DNA of 64,000 bases from Rickettsiales bacterium (GTDB taxonomy: Bacteria; Pseudomonadota; Alphaproteobacteria; Rickettsiales; Deianiraeaceae): positions 129,482 through 193,481 of the forward strand of contig JAFSXM010000020.1 of NCBI GenBank assembly GCA_017444095.1, in the 5' to 3' direction. This document shows positions 33,254 to 44,510 of the stretch, piece after piece. Numbering within the stretch: position 1 is the stretch's first letter; the number at the start of each line of letters is the position of its first letter. The notes under the pieces are model-generated. The model did no database searches and was not told the DNA's origin. It was given only the letters and a program-made list of their open reading frames with translations. The position numbers and the translations under genes are program-made.

Positions 33254-34816
33254 TTAACCTAATAACCTGCTTATAAGATTTTTTGATAAAATGCCTGTAA
33301 AAAACATTAAACATAAATGAAAGATACAACAAATACAAAGTGATGTAAAAAGGTGCAGATTGAACGTATAATATAGAATACTTGGCAACACACAGCAGGA
33401 AAAAGATGATATAAGCAAAATTATTGTAGTTTTTTTACAGTCTTTAATTTTTAACATTAAATCGTTATTTTTTTTTAAAAATATTATTGTTATTATTGTT
33501 GATAAGATTGAAGATAATGTTGTAGATATTATTACACAATATCTACCAACAATATGAATTAAAATCAAATTAGAAATAATGTTAAAGATTAAGGAAAAAA
33601 TACTTATTTTTAAAGGTGTAGAAGTATCCTTTCGTGCATAAAATGACACAAAAAAAATTTTTGATAGAATATTAAATGGTATTGTTATTGCATAAATTCT
33701 AATCATATTAGAAACAATAATTGTATCGCTCGCGGTAAACATCCCTCTTTCATATATGAGTTGTATAATTGGTGTTGCAAGTGTAATTATTAGCAAAGTT
33801 AACGGAATAGAAAAAAACATAGCAATATCAACACTATCTGTTTGTATAGATGCAATCTTGGCATTATCTTTTTCCTTAAAGGCAATACTTAATGCTGGCA
33901 ATATAGCAATACTCAAGCTATAACCTATTAAACTTAGTGGAAATTGCCCTATTCTATCTGTGTAGTATAAATGCGATATTGCACCTGCAAAAAAACTTGC
34001 AAAAATACAATCAACAAAAATATTTATTTGTAAAATACCACTACTAAAAATAGCAGGTATAAGTTTTTTGAGAAAAATTTTTACATCATTGTTTTTCTGT
34101 CTGCCATTTTTAATAGAATCTATTTTTTTGCCAAATGTTATAAGTTGTTTCCTTATGCAAGAAATAAATAAAATCACCACCTGTAAAATACCGGCAAATA
34201 TTATCATCCACACCAAACAGAAGCCGGTATTACTAAATAAATTATTGGTAAAACAAAGACCAAATATCAATACAGCATTAAGAATTATAGATATTGATGC
34301 GAATTGCCAAAAACTACCTATACCATTCAACATCGAACCAAATAATGCCGATATACTTATGAAAATAATATAAGGAAATGCTATTCTTGATAAAACTATT
34401 GCCATATCAAACCTGTTTTTATCTCTTATAAAACCTGGATTGATAAGACCAATCAATTCCGGCATAAATATTTCTATAAGAATTGTTATTAAAAATAAAA
34501 AACAGACTAACAAAAACAATACACGATTTGCAAATATTAAAGCATCATTTTTGTTTTCTTTTATTTTAGTAGAAAAAAAAGGCACAAATACATTGGAAAA
34601 AGCACCATCAGCAAACATTCTGCGAAATGTATTTGGCAATCTAAAAGCAATATAAAAAGCCTCTCCAATGATACTACTACCAAGATACTTTGCGAAAAAA
34701 ATATCTCTCAACACCCCAGTAGCTTTTGACATAAACACACATACAGCTATTACAAGAGCTGAAATGAAATGTTTATTGCCTGAATATTTCATTTTACTTA
34801 TTTTATTGTTAAACAT
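33254..34816 (-). CDS. murJ: lipid II flippase MurJ (MviN)
   Basis: …ALVIAVCVFMSKATGVLRDIFFAKYLGSSIIGEAFYIAFRLPNTFRRMFADGAFS… is the canonical MurJ N-terminus. About 14 TM, 520 aa. Confidence 0.85.
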   Translation of the reverse strand: MFNNKISKMKYSGNKHFISALVIAVCVFMSKATGVLRDIFFAKYLGSSIIGEAFYIAFRLPNTFRRMFADGAFSNVFVPFFSTKIKENKNDALIFANRVLFLLVCFLFLITILIEIFMPELIGLINPGFIRDKNRFDMAIVLSRIAFPYIIFISISALFGSMLNGIGSFWQFASISIILNAVLIFGLCFTNNLFSNTGFCLVWMIIFAGILQVVILFISCIRKQLITFGKKIDSIKNGRQKNNDVKIFLKKLIPAIFSSGILQINIFVDCIFASFFAGAISHLYYTDRIGQFPLSLIGYSLSIAILPALSIAFKEKDNAKIASIQTDSVDIAMFFSIPLTLLIITLATPIIQLIYERGMFTASDTIIVSNMIRIYAITIPFNILSKIFFVSFYARKDTSTPLKISIFSLIFNIISNLILIHIVGRYCVIISTTLSSILSTIITIIFLKKNNDLMLKIKDCKKTTIILLISSFSCCVLPSILYYTFNLHLFTSLCICCIFHLCLMFFTGILSKNLISRLLG

Positions 34817-34836
34817 ATAATTTACATTAACACACT

Positions 34837-37800
34837 TTAATTTTTCTTTTCATCACCTACTACTTGTTGACTTTTTTCTTCACCAATAATATTAATAGAG
34901 CCATCAAGTTTTTCCACTTCCTTTATTATTTTTGTTTTTTCAATAACCTTGTTTCCTGAATTGTTTGCAGTATTATTTCCAGCATCTTCACTCACACTTA
35001 TCTTGTTTTCATCGACATCACTGGAATTAATAATGTCATTTTGATTATTCTGTATGTCATTATTTTGAGTATCTTGTTGTGAATTTGTATTTTGCTCATT
35101 ATTGTAAGCAAACGGCATAGTTTTAGAAATATCTTTACTTGCACCATTCATTTTGTCTTCGCTGTATTCACTTATCTCTTCCACATTGTTCTGGTTATTT
35201 TGTATCTCATTGTTATTTTTATCTTGTTCCGGTGGCAACTCAAGACCTTGTTTAACCTCATTTACAACATGATTAACAGCATCAGTAGTTTTATCTGCGA
35301 TATTTTTGAAAAATTGTTTTGTTTTACCTAATAATGAATTATCGTCATTTTGTTCGCCAACTTCATCGTTGCGAGCCACAGAGCTTGTATTATTTGACAT
35401 ACCAGTGATATTTCCAATATTGTTTGGAATGTTATTGCCCTGCTGTATTAAATTATTTAATTTTCCATTGTTTGAAGTTCTATTAACCTGTTGTAGCGGT
35501 GTATTACTTAGTAAACCATTACCACGATTTACAGATTTTTTATTGTTTATATCTTTATTTGATGGCTTGTTTATTTTATCGTAAATGAATTTACCAAGCT
35601 TATATGTTGCTGTTACAACTTTTGCCGTCCCCTGAGCTGCACCTTTAAATAGTTTCCATCCAGCTTTTCCTGATGTTGCATATGCATTCATAACACCTTC
35701 ATTAAGTGCATCAAAGCCTGCCGATGTGTCTGGTTTTTTAACGAAAGAATATAATTTATTTTCCATTTCGTTTGAAATAAGTGCTGTGACGAAAAACACA
35801 GCTATACCAATTAACAATCTTAATACCAAAAATCCCATCATCGTCCATTGGGCTTTCACAGAACCATCATTATCACTGGACCATATAAGTGTAAATGCAG
35901 ATCCAATGGACTTCCAAAAATGAAATTCCGTTGTTAATCGTTTTGTTAAACATGCAATTGGAGCTTCTTTTTCATGTCCTTTGTAGCATTCAGTGCTTAC
36001 ACCATTATTATCAAACATTGTCATCTCAATATATTTATCACTATCACCAAACATCACCCAGTCTAATATAAACATAAATAGTGATAACGATACAAATGGA
36101 ACACAGCAACCAAGAAGATTGGATTTTAAAGTCTCGACCCAAGTATCTTGTGCTTTTTTCTTAGTAACATCAAATAAAAATAATATAAATATAATTGGAG
36201 ACAGATAAATGATTATGACCATATTAACAACACAAATGCAATACTGCTGTGTAGCTCTGGCCAGCAACAAAAATATTGTAATCGCAACCATAATAAAAAA
36301 TATAAATGCCAACAAGCCAAACGGAAAAACCATTACAATCAATTTCGCTATTTGCCATATCCCAGTTAATGCAGATGATAGTCCTTCTTCACCATTTTCA
36401 GATTTAATTGCATTTACAAAATTACTACCATCATCGGAAAAACCATTGCCAGATATATCAAAAGTAAGATACATCAAGGCTGTGCAGTCTATATAATCCC
36501 AAAAACTCAAATGTTCGTAGTTTCTTGATAAATTACCATACTCACTTTTTATAACAGGATATTTTGCAGTTTTATTAGCTGCCACTACTTTACTACTAAG
36601 ATAAGTTGCATAATTTCTTCTTGTCTTTCCTGCGTCACTCATATTATTTTCTGTAAAGTCTATTTCTTTTGCAATTCCATATTGATCTATCTCAGCTACA
36701 GCTGTCGGAATGACTACATTTAAAATTTCATTTTTTACTTCATTCGGGATGGAACCAATAACTTCACCAGAACTTGTGTGTGGCAGTTCGCGGTACTTAG
36801 GGGATAAATTAGCAAAAACCATCTTTTCATCATCAGTATTCTCTATAATGCCAAGTGCTATCAGTTTACTTAATCTAAAACCTGTATCCATTTCATAGCC
36901 AGATGGACATGTATAAACATACTTATCCATAGAATAAGAATATTTTTTTACAGGCAGTGTTGTTGGTGTTAGTATACTATTCTCATCACTCCCACTTGGA
37001 TGGCATAATGGTTTCATATCACTATCAATCCATTTACTATGTAATACATCATATTCTTGATAAATATTGTATATTCTTTCAAAATTTGGCCTTTGTATAA
37101 AAGCATCTTTTTTTTCTTTACAATATGCATTTTGACAGATATTTTTATAAATTTTACCATCATAAACAAGATTTTTAGAACACACAATCTCAAGCTCAAC
37201 AGGTTGTCCTGATGTGTCAATTGTATATCCATCGCAAGAAAGTTTGTAATATTTGCATTGTGCTTTAATACATTTTGTCGAATCAGTTGCACTATACTGT
37301 AAACATTCAACATGTGTGATGCTTTCCGTTCTATGCGGACAATTCATAACTCCATTAACGATACCACCTTTCTTTTCGCCTACATTTCCATCATCAATAA
37401 CATCAATGCCATCAGTACCAAGTGCAGTGTTTAATATTTGTTTTGCAGGATATGAAACTCTATTGCCGAAATCACACTTTTTAGTCATAGTGTTGCCCTG
37501 CTCGGCTCTAAAAGAAGTAAACAACCTGCTAACACCAATAACAGTTCCCTGTGAAATTCTTAACACCGTTTCAAATAATAAATTCTTCAAATTATCATTA
37601 AACACGACAAAACAGACTAACAAAAATGGAATAACTTGTTTGATTATTTGGTCTGCTTTTAACTTAATATTTCCATTTATAGCCTTCCAACCTAAAAAAA
37701 CCATCCATATCAATACAAAAAAAATAGCAATAACTTTAACATTATTTCTAAATATATCAAATAAGCTATACATTGGCACCTTTTTTTTTACTAAAATATC

Positions 37801-39510
37801 ATTATATACATCGCTTGATACCTTATTGGTAAATTCTTGTTTTACTTGTACATCGTTCAAAAATTTCTTAATACCATCTTGCAGTTTAAAAATATCTTCA
37901 TTTGTTAGTAATTTTGCATAATCTAATGCATCCATTTCTAAGTCTGTTGAATCAGATAAAATGTCTTTCGGTAAGTAAAAATATGACGATGTTGATGTTG
38001 ATGTTGTACCGGAAGAAACAGATTGTGTATCAAGTATCTTATATTTTGTAGTAACATTATTCACTGGTCTTGAAAAAGTTCGTCCTTCTATGGTACCAAG
38101 TTGGTCGCTTTTGCACACATCTTCGAGTTTTAAATTTAATCCTAAATTACTATCTTGATAAATACAACAATAAACATTTGGATGAACATTTGCCGTGGTT
38201 TTTCCGTCAATAATACCGGTGAAATATTTTTTATAAAAACTTGTCGTGCTGATTTCATTTTGATAATCATAATCATTGATATATCCGTTAACACTACAAT
38301 CATATTCTATATTCGTGGCATTATTTTTTCCATATAATAGATTTTCTATTGCTATAATAATTTGTTTTTTTTCATTATCAGAAAATGATGGTTGTATATT
38401 GTTTGTAATTGTTGCAAGTGTTCTTGAGCCAATAATTGTATTCACAGCTTTAATTTGTTGCTTTGCATATTCAATTTCTTTATTATAATATGAAGATATA
38501 TCTGCAACTTTCGTTTTTGTAAACCTTACAGCATTAAATATTGGTTTTTCAAAAATATTTCTCGCGGTTCCTTCTATACACTGCACAATTGGGCCTGTTA
38601 TGGCAACCGGTGCTTTCGCATACCCAACCATATCATAACAAGCAGGATCAATTAAATCAGACATCTCGTTTGATTGTTCGAATAAATCTTTATAGCGAAT
38701 TATTCTGCAATGTTTTGCATATTTTTTTTTAAAATCCTCCACATCATCATCATCGAGATTTAAAACAAGTTCTCCATTTACCATTTGATAACTACCATCT
38801 TCGTTTTCTTTATATCCGGGGTGTTTAAATTTCCCACTCTGTATATTGTATATACAAGGGCAAGCATCTATTACAGAAGCACATAAAACATATGCATAAC
38901 CGGAAGCATTAGTGATATAGACACCACCAAATTCTGTGCCACTTTTATAAAATTTATATGTTTTTTTTTCGCCGTCATAAATACATAGCTTATCGTAAGA
39001 CTTAACTATATTATCAACATTAACAACATTTCCAGATAATTTTAATAATTTAGCAATTTGTTTATCTGTATAAGGTAATGGATGTTGCCCGTCTTCATCA
39101 TAACAAACATGGTATCTGCCAGCTTTTTCCTTTGCTGTTTTAGACCTTGCCCAAGCATAGCAAAATGCTCCTATATTTCCAGCTAAATTTCCAGCTATAA
39201 ATCCAAGAGGACCACCTAATAATGCTCCTATACCTGCCGATATTGTCATAAGAGAACCTGCAGCAGAACAAGCATCTTTGACTGGGTTGTTAGCCTGAAA
39301 CACAGATGTGATTGTTGAGATTACTCCGATATCCGACCATTCATCACAACCCAATAAATGTCTCGCAGCTAATTCAGCTGACCCATCACCTGCAAGAACA
39401 TCCACAGCCTTTGTTGCGAATTCAATAATACCTTCTGATTTAGCCGTGTGTATAGAAAATACATTTGTGCAAAATAAACATAATGTTATAAAGAACGGCA
39501 ATCTCTTCAC
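34837..39510 (-). CDS. giant (1557 aa) secreted polytopic membrane protein. Candidate VirB6/TrbL-like type IV secretion channel component with extended N- and C-terminal domains
   Basis: N-terminal signal peptide (…LCLFCTNVFSIHTA). A ~550-aa soluble domain is followed by multiple TM helices interrupted by a ~450-aa Cys-rich extracytoplasmic loop. More TM helices follow, then a ~350-aa N/Q-rich disordered tail. This architecture resembles the enlarged RvhB6 proteins of Rickettsiales. The homology itself is not verified. Confidence 0.5.
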   Translation of the reverse strand: MKRLPFFITLCLFCTNVFSIHTAKSEGIIEFATKAVDVLAGDGSAELAARHLLGCDEWSDIGVISTITSVFQANNPVKDACSAAGSLMTISAGIGALLGGPLGFIAGNLAGNIGAFCYAWARSKTAKEKAGRYHVCYDEDGQHPLPYTDKQIAKLLKLSGNVVNVDNIVKSYDKLCIYDGEKKTYKFYKSGTEFGGVYITNASGYAYVLCASVIDACPCIYNIQSGKFKHPGYKENEDGSYQMVNGELVLNLDDDDVEDFKKKYAKHCRIIRYKDLFEQSNEMSDLIDPACYDMVGYAKAPVAITGPIVQCIEGTARNIFEKPIFNAVRFTKTKVADISSYYNKEIEYAKQQIKAVNTIIGSRTLATITNNIQPSFSDNEKKQIIIAIENLLYGKNNATNIEYDCSVNGYINDYDYQNEISTTSFYKKYFTGIIDGKTTANVHPNVYCCIYQDSNLGLNLKLEDVCKSDQLGTIEGRTFSRPVNNVTTKYKILDTQSVSSGTTSTSTSSYFYLPKDILSDSTDLEMDALDYAKLLTNEDIFKLQDGIKKFLNDVQVKQEFTNKVSSDVYNDILVKKKVPMYSLFDIFRNNVKVIAIFFVLIWMVFLGWKAINGNIKLKADQIIKQVIPFLLVCFVVFNDNLKNLLFETVLRISQGTVIGVSRLFTSFRAEQGNTMTKKCDFGNRVSYPAKQILNTALGTDGIDVIDDGNVGEKKGGIVNGVMNCPHRTESITHVECLQYSATDSTKCIKAQCKYYKLSCDGYTIDTSGQPVELEIVCSKNLVYDGKIYKNICQNAYCKEKKDAFIQRPNFERIYNIYQEYDVLHSKWIDSDMKPLCHPSGSDENSILTPTTLPVKKYSYSMDKYVYTCPSGYEMDTGFRLSKLIALGIIENTDDEKMVFANLSPKYRELPHTSSGEVIGSIPNEVKNEILNVVIPTAVAEIDQYGIAKEIDFTENNMSDAGKTRRNYATYLSSKVVAANKTAKYPVIKSEYGNLSRNYEHLSFWDYIDCTALMYLTFDISGNGFSDDGSNFVNAIKSENGEEGLSSALTGIWQIAKLIVMVFPFGLLAFIFFIMVAITIFLLLARATQQYCICVVNMVIIIYLSPIIFILFLFDVTKKKAQDTWVETLKSNLLGCCVPFVSLSLFMFILDWVMFGDSDKYIEMTMFDNNGVSTECYKGHEKEAPIACLTKRLTTEFHFWKSIGSAFTLIWSSDNDGSVKAQWTMMGFLVLRLLIGIAVFFVTALISNEMENKLYSFVKKPDTSAGFDALNEGVMNAYATSGKAGWKLFKGAAQGTAKVVTATYKLGKFIYDKINKPSNKDINNKKSVNRGNGLLSNTPLQQVNRTSNNGKLNNLIQQGNNIPNNIGNITGMSNNTSSVARNDEVGEQNDDNSLLGKTKQFFKNIADKTTDAVNHVVNEVKQGLELPPEQDKNNNEIQNNQNNVEEISEYSEDKMNGASKDISKTMPFAYNNEQNTNSQQDTQNNDIQNNQNDIINSSDVDENKISVSEDAGNNTANNSGNKVIEKTKIIKEVEKLDGSINIIGEEKSQQVVGDEKKN

Positions 39511-40208
39511 AAATTAACATAATTTTAATTACTTGTTAAAATCAAGATGTTATCTTGTAAAAATCACAATGTTTTTCTGTAGCATAAAACGATAAATAAT
39601 CAAATATCACATATAGAAATTTTATTTGTATTATATATTTATTAGCTACTTCTATCATTTTGGATACTTTTTTTATGTAAAATATTGATTAATTCACTTT
39701 TGTTATTTTTTTTGCCATTGTTGGTGTTTATTGCATTGATATAAATAGAATTTTGTGATAAAATTAGTATACTTCTATCACTGCAATTTAGCATACTAAA
39801 ATACCGCAACGACTATTACAAATATGAATATTTTTTAGCAAATTCTTATTTTCCACAGCTTCTACTTCCGTGTTAACTTAAACTTCCAATATATTTCCGC
39901 ATAAGAAACAATTCCTTCAACAACTGCTAATCATATGTATTTTTTGTTATTTTGATCATCATTAATGCCTCCAATCAATATATGTAGATTATTCCTATCT
40001 ATTGTGTTACAAAATCATTCTATTTGTTGCATCTTTTTTTGCTTTCTTTAATTGTATTACATACTTTTTTAAAAAAAAATCATCATAACTTGTATTAGTA
40101 AATCTTTTACATTTTCGCAATGTTGTCTTATTGATTTTATGTGATATGTTTTTAATATAAAATATTGTATCATATTTTCTCAATATAGAGGAAATAGATA
40201 TTAAAGTT

Positions 40209-40559
40209 ATGACAAGAAATATAATAATAAGTATTATGTTGTTAATTTTAATGGCTTGTCAACCGAATAGAAAAGAAATAAACATCGTTAAAACCACTAA
40301 TAAACAAATAAATACGAAAGTTGTAAGCACAAAAAAGCATATTTTCAAACCAGTAAAGAATGACAACATCATACAAATAGATAATGATATAGAAACTTAC
40401 TCACTTGATAAACAAAACAGGCTTGGATATAAAGTTGTCGTAAATAAAGATATATGTAAAATTGTATTCTCTATTGAATATTTCTTACAGCAAAAATCAA
40501 AACAAAATAGAAAATTGGATTTACAAGAGATAAAATTAAATATTGGATTTTATTTTTAA
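40209..40559 (+). CDS. small lipoprotein (lipobox LMAC)
   Basis: …IMLLILMAC-QPN… is a signal II lipobox. Length is 116 aa. Confidence 0.4.
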   Translation: MTRNIIISIMLLILMACQPNRKEINIVKTTNKQINTKVVSTKKHIFKPVKNDNIIQIDNDIETYSLDKQNRLGYKVVVNKDICKIVFSIEYFLQQKSKQNRKLDLQEIKLNIGFYF

Positions 40560-40626
40560 TACATAACATTCTACATATTGCAGTCTAATTATTTTTGATA
40601 AACCCAACACGACTTATCCAAAAGTA

Positions 40627-41859
40627 TCATTCATCTAATGCCTGATTGTCTTGTGAAATTTGACTATCAATGTTTGATACAGCAACTTTTCTTTCATCAA
40701 TACTCCCATTATTGTTAATAAATACATTTTTTATATTCTCGTCAACAATTGTTATTTTGTTATTTAACAACAAATCTTCCATTGTATCAAGATACATCCT
40801 TTTTCTCGTAATAAATGGTGCATTTTTATATTGTTCGTAGACTTGATTAAACCTACTTGCATCACCATTTGCTTTATTTACAACAGCAATAGCATATCCG
40901 TTTGCATCTTCTATTATTTTCCCGGCCTCACCTCTAACTTTTGGCAAAATGTCATTTTTATATTTATAAGCACTATTTATCTCGCTTTCCTTATCAACAC
41001 GAGCCGTCTGCACATCACGGAAAGAATCTATCACTTGTAATGGCGGGTCAATCTTTAACATTTGAACTACTAAAACATTTACACCTATGTTATAACTATC
41101 CAACATTTGTTGTAATAATTGCTTTGTTTCTTTTTCAATATCACCTCTTTCGGATGTCAATATTGATGCCAATTTTCTTTTACTAATAACCTCTCTAACA
41201 GCACTCTGTGTTGCATCGTAAATCGTCTGTTGTTTATCCCTAACATTAAAAACAAACTTTTTCAAATCATCTATCTTCCATTGAACATTCAATTCAAGAT
41301 TAACAATATTCTCATCGCCAGTCAAAGCCCATCCTTCACCAAGCTTTGCATTACCGTTTGCATTATCATCACCACCTATTCTTATTACACGAACTCTTGT
41401 TGTTGCTTCCTTTACCACATTTTCAATTGGATATGGCAAATGATAATGTAGACCAGAATTTTCATCACGAACATATTTTCCAAACCTCATCACAACGGCT
41501 CTTTCCTCCTGTTCTACTGTATAAAATCCACTTAAACACCAGAAGAATAATATAGCAACAGTAACTGATAAAAACAAAGAAAAATTACTTCTTGGCAATT
41601 GAAAACCAAAAATCGAGTTAACATCTCCTCGTTTATTAAAATTATTGTCTTCTTTTGCATTATTTTGGTTTAAATCATTCTTATGATTTGAAAAAAATGA
41701 AAAAAAACCACCAAAATTAAAGTTTTGTTTTGCTTTATTTGAAAAAGAATTATCGTCCACAACTGCTTTTCTCTTTGCAGAAGTAGACGACTTTTTCTTA
41801 CCAACACTTTCCTTACCGCCATTATCAGCATCACCGAGATCATCCCAAGGATTTGACAT
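40627..41859 (-). CDS. hflK: SPFH/band-7 protease modulator HflK (or HflC)
   Basis: Disordered basic N-terminus, single TM, then an SPFH domain (…FYTVEQEERAVVMRFGKYV…). Length is 410 aa. No adjacent partner gene. Confidence 0.7.
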   Translation of the reverse strand: MSNPWDDLGDADNGGKESVGKKKSSTSAKRKAVVDDNSFSNKAKQNFNFGGFFSFFSNHKNDLNQNNAKEDNNFNKRGDVNSIFGFQLPRSNFSLFLSVTVAILFFWCLSGFYTVEQEERAVVMRFGKYVRDENSGLHYHLPYPIENVVKEATTRVRVIRIGGDDNANGNAKLGEGWALTGDENIVNLELNVQWKIDDLKKFVFNVRDKQQTIYDATQSAVREVISKRKLASILTSERGDIEKETKQLLQQMLDSYNIGVNVLVVQMLKIDPPLQVIDSFRDVQTARVDKESEINSAYKYKNDILPKVRGEAGKIIEDANGYAIAVVNKANGDASRFNQVYEQYKNAPFITRKRMYLDTMEDLLLNNKITIVDENIKNVFINNNGSIDERKVAVSNIDSQISQDNQALDE

Positions 41860-41877
41860 AAGCGATAAGACAAAGCA

Positions 41878-43065
41878 CTATTTAATAATTTTAGACACAA
41901 CACCAGAAGCAACTGTTCTGCCACCTTCACGGATAGCAAAACGAAGACCTTGCTCCATTGCAATGTGTGAAATCAACTTAACTTTTAATGTTAAATTATC
42001 ACCAGGCATTGCCATTTCTTTACCACCAAGCAATTCTATTTCACCTGTGACATCGGTTGTTCTAAAATAGAATTGTGGTCTATATTTTGAGAAGAATGGG
42101 CTATGTCTTCCACCTTCTTCTTGCTTTAAAACATAAACCTCTGCCTCAAACTCTGTGTGTGGAGTAACAGAACCTGGTTTGGCAATAACCATACCTCTTT
42201 CGACGTCCTTTTTATCAACACCACGTAGTAATAAACCGGCATTATCACCTGCTTGTCCTTCTTCCAAAGACTTACGGAACATTTCAATACCAGTGACAAC
42301 TGACTTCATGCTTTCTTCACGAATACCAACGATTTCAACTTCTTCATTCAATTTAACAACACCTCTTTCGATACGACCTGTTGCAACAGTTCCACGACCT
42401 GAAATTGTAAAGACATCTTCAACGGCCATCAAGAATGGTTTATCAACATCACGAGTTGGAGTTGGGATGTATTTATCAACAGCATCCATTAAGTCTAATA
42501 TTGCTTGTTTTGCACTTGGATCACCTTCTAATGCTTTTAAAGCGGAACCTTTAATGATAGGAGCATTAGCACCATCAAATCCATACTTTGTTAAAAGGTC
42601 ACGGATTTCTTCCTCAACAAGCATAATCATCTCTTCGTCATCAACCATATCTGCTTTGTTTAAGAAAACAACGATATATGGAACACCAACCTGACGAGCT
42701 AACAAAATGTGTTCTCTTGTTTGTGGCATAGGTCCGTCTGGAGCAGAAACAACCAAAATTGCACCATCCATTTGAGCCGCACCTGTAATCATATTTTTAA
42801 CATAGTCAGCATGTCCTGGGCAGTCAACATGGGCATAGTGTCTATTTTCAGTCTCATATTCAACATGTGCTGTATTGATGGTTATACCACGAGCTTTTTC
42901 TTCTGGAGCTCCATCAATTTGGTCATAAGCTTTTTTTTCAGCCATTCCCTTTTCAGCCAAAACAGCAGTAATTGCAGCTGTCGTTGTTGTTTTACCGTGG
43001 TCAACATGGCCTATTGTACCAATATTGACATGTGGTTTACTTCTATTAAATGCTTCCTTTGCCAT
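41878..43065 (-). CDS. tuf: elongation factor Tu
   Basis: [17 protein letters not shown] and NKAD GTPase motifs. Length is 395 aa. Confidence 0.95.
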   Translation of the reverse strand: MAKEAFNRSKPHVNIGTIGHVDHGKTTTTAAITAVLAEKGMAEKKAYDQIDGAPEEKARGITINTAHVEYETENRHYAHVDCPGHADYVKNMITGAAQMDGAILVVSAPDGPMPQTREHILLARQVGVPYIVVFLNKADMVDDEEMIMLVEEEIRDLLTKYGFDGANAPIIKGSALKALEGDPSAKQAILDLMDAVDKYIPTPTRDVDKPFLMAVEDVFTISGRGTVATGRIERGVVKLNEEVEIVGIREESMKSVVTGIEMFRKSLEEGQAGDNAGLLLRGVDKKDVERGMVIAKPGSVTPHTEFEAEVYVLKQEEGGRHSPFFSKYRPQFYFRTTDVTGEIELLGGKEMAMPGDNLTLKVKLISHIAMEQGLRFAIREGGRTVASGVVSKIIK

Positions 43066-43190
43066 ATAAAAATAAAATTAAAAAAACAATATAGTGAATT
43101 TACTTGTTAAATTGAAAAATAATTTGCAAGCTTTTTTATAAATGACTTTTTTACTTTTTTTATCTTCATAATATTTTTCATAAATATTTG

Positions 43191-43206
43191 TTTTTTTTTT
43201 TTTTTT
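43191..43206. repeat. homopolymeric T16 tract in the divergent tuf / effector-like-gene intergenic region
   Basis: …aaatatttg-T16-gtatacc… sits 15 bp upstream of the ATG at 43221. Confidence 0.9.
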
Positions 43207-43220
43207 GTATACCAAATAGT

Positions 43221-44423
43221 ATGGAAAGAGAAAATGATACCGAAGAAGACATTTTAAAAAACACTAAAATCAAAGTGACAAGAAACTTTAAAGAAGAAGA
43301 AATATCTATCGCAGAAGTAATCAATATAATATGTGAACAATTTAAACAACAAGTCAATAATAACAACCAAATCAATGCTCTAAAAACATTGTTCAAGAAA
43401 GATATTGAAAATTTAAAGGAACAGAACGACAAAACTATGTTAGACATTATAACAACAAAAATAACTAATAAACTTAATAAGACCTTTAAACAATTCATCC
43501 AATATATCAAAAAAATAGGAGTGGAATTGAGTTGTTGTCGTATTTATATCTCACAAAACGAAATCTCGTTAAGGCAGGATGTTGGCACTTTTGGTGAAAA
43601 AGAAGTAACATTATTACATATAAAAGCTGAGCAAGAAGACAATGGTTATACAATCTCCTTTCCACCTGATACACCTTTTTTTTCTAAATACTTTAACGAT
43701 TGTAATCACAACGAAGTAAGCGGTGTTGTGATGGAAAAAAGCATTTGCACAGATATAACAAATAAAACAAGTGAAAAAATATCGTCAACACTTGACGATC
43801 TGGGACAATATCACAAAATAGAATTCACATTCAACAAACAAGAACAAAACAACAATATAAACAATGTTTTAGTTATGTGTAGTAAAGAAAAACATACGAC
43901 AGCTCAACAATATAACATATCTTTCAAAGAAGATGGTGATGTGGACAAAATAACAATAGAAGGTCAAGGAGTGCAAGAGAATGAATGCAAAAACTTCTTA
44001 AAAAAAATGTTATCCAAGCAAGACGATGAAATAAACAAAAATTTAATAGAAAATATAGAATGCGAACTTGACAGAGAACAGAAAAAAGTTTTTGATAAAA
44101 TAAAAGCACATCTTGGTGTTGTAAAAGAAAAAGAAAAGGAAGAAAAAAATAAAGAGGAAGAAAAAGAAGAGAAGAAAGAAGATTTAAATAACAGTAAAGA
44201 CACAAACATTAATAATAACGACAAAGATAGTATAGAAAGTAAATCATCATCAAGCCATGATTTAGATAATAGTGATAAAGAGAAAGACAGCGAATATAGA
44301 TCAGTAGAAGGAATAAAAAACAATCAAACTACCTACAATCTTGGTTGTATACAAAATAAGTGGATTGGAACACCCGTTAATGGAGATCAAAATACATTTC
44401 ATTGTTTTTGCTTTGATATTTAG
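43221..44423 (+). CDS. hypothetical K/E/N-rich protein (~400 aa) carrying the shared C-terminal module (…NKWIGTPVNGDQNTFHCFCFDI)
   Basis: Start is reassigned to MERENDTEED…, because the track ORF from 43188 translates the poly-T tract. The last ~85 aa are near-identical to the C-terminus of the 56054-56689 ORF. Confidence 0.5.
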   Translation: MERENDTEEDILKNTKIKVTRNFKEEEISIAEVINIICEQFKQQVNNNNQINALKTLFKKDIENLKEQNDKTMLDIITTKITNKLNKTFKQFIQYIKKIGVELSCCRIYISQNEISLRQDVGTFGEKEVTLLHIKAEQEDNGYTISFPPDTPFFSKYFNDCNHNEVSGVVMEKSICTDITNKTSEKISSTLDDLGQYHKIEFTFNKQEQNNNINNVLVMCSKEKHTTAQQYNISFKEDGDVDKITIEGQGVQENECKNFLKKMLSKQDDEINKNLIENIECELDREQKKVFDKIKAHLGVVKEKEKEEKNKEEEKEEKKEDLNNSKDTNINNNDKDSIESKSSSSHDLDNSDKEKDSEYRSVEGIKNNQTTYNLGCIQNKWIGTPVNGDQNTFHCFCFDI

Positions 44424-44510
44424 TATTGATAATTGACAATTTAAAGAAAAATAGTATTATCTTTTCGATGATGATTGGTAGAATTAAACAAACAATAATG
44501 AAATTATTGA
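44165..44510 (+). repeat. copy 1 of a ~350-bp duplicated module (3' end of the effector-like gene, a short spacer, and the start of a signal-peptide gene)
   Basis: Direct comparison with 56436-56780 shows ~90%+ nucleotide identity. It includes the shared segment …ttgataattgacaatttaaagaaaaa…gatgatgattggta…. Confidence 0.85.

Noticed and set aside
42155-43110. Plus-strand ORFs of 179 and 133 aa inside tuf.
   Set aside because: They are antisense to EF-Tu. The same applies to antisense ORFs inside gyrA (17249-17590, 18965-19333), topA, aspS, valS, virB4 and the 1557-aa gene.
43188-43220. Track start MFFFFFCIPNS for the 411-aa ORF.
   Set aside because: The poly-Phe comes from translating the T16 tract. 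The ATG at 43221 (MERENDT…) is the credible start.
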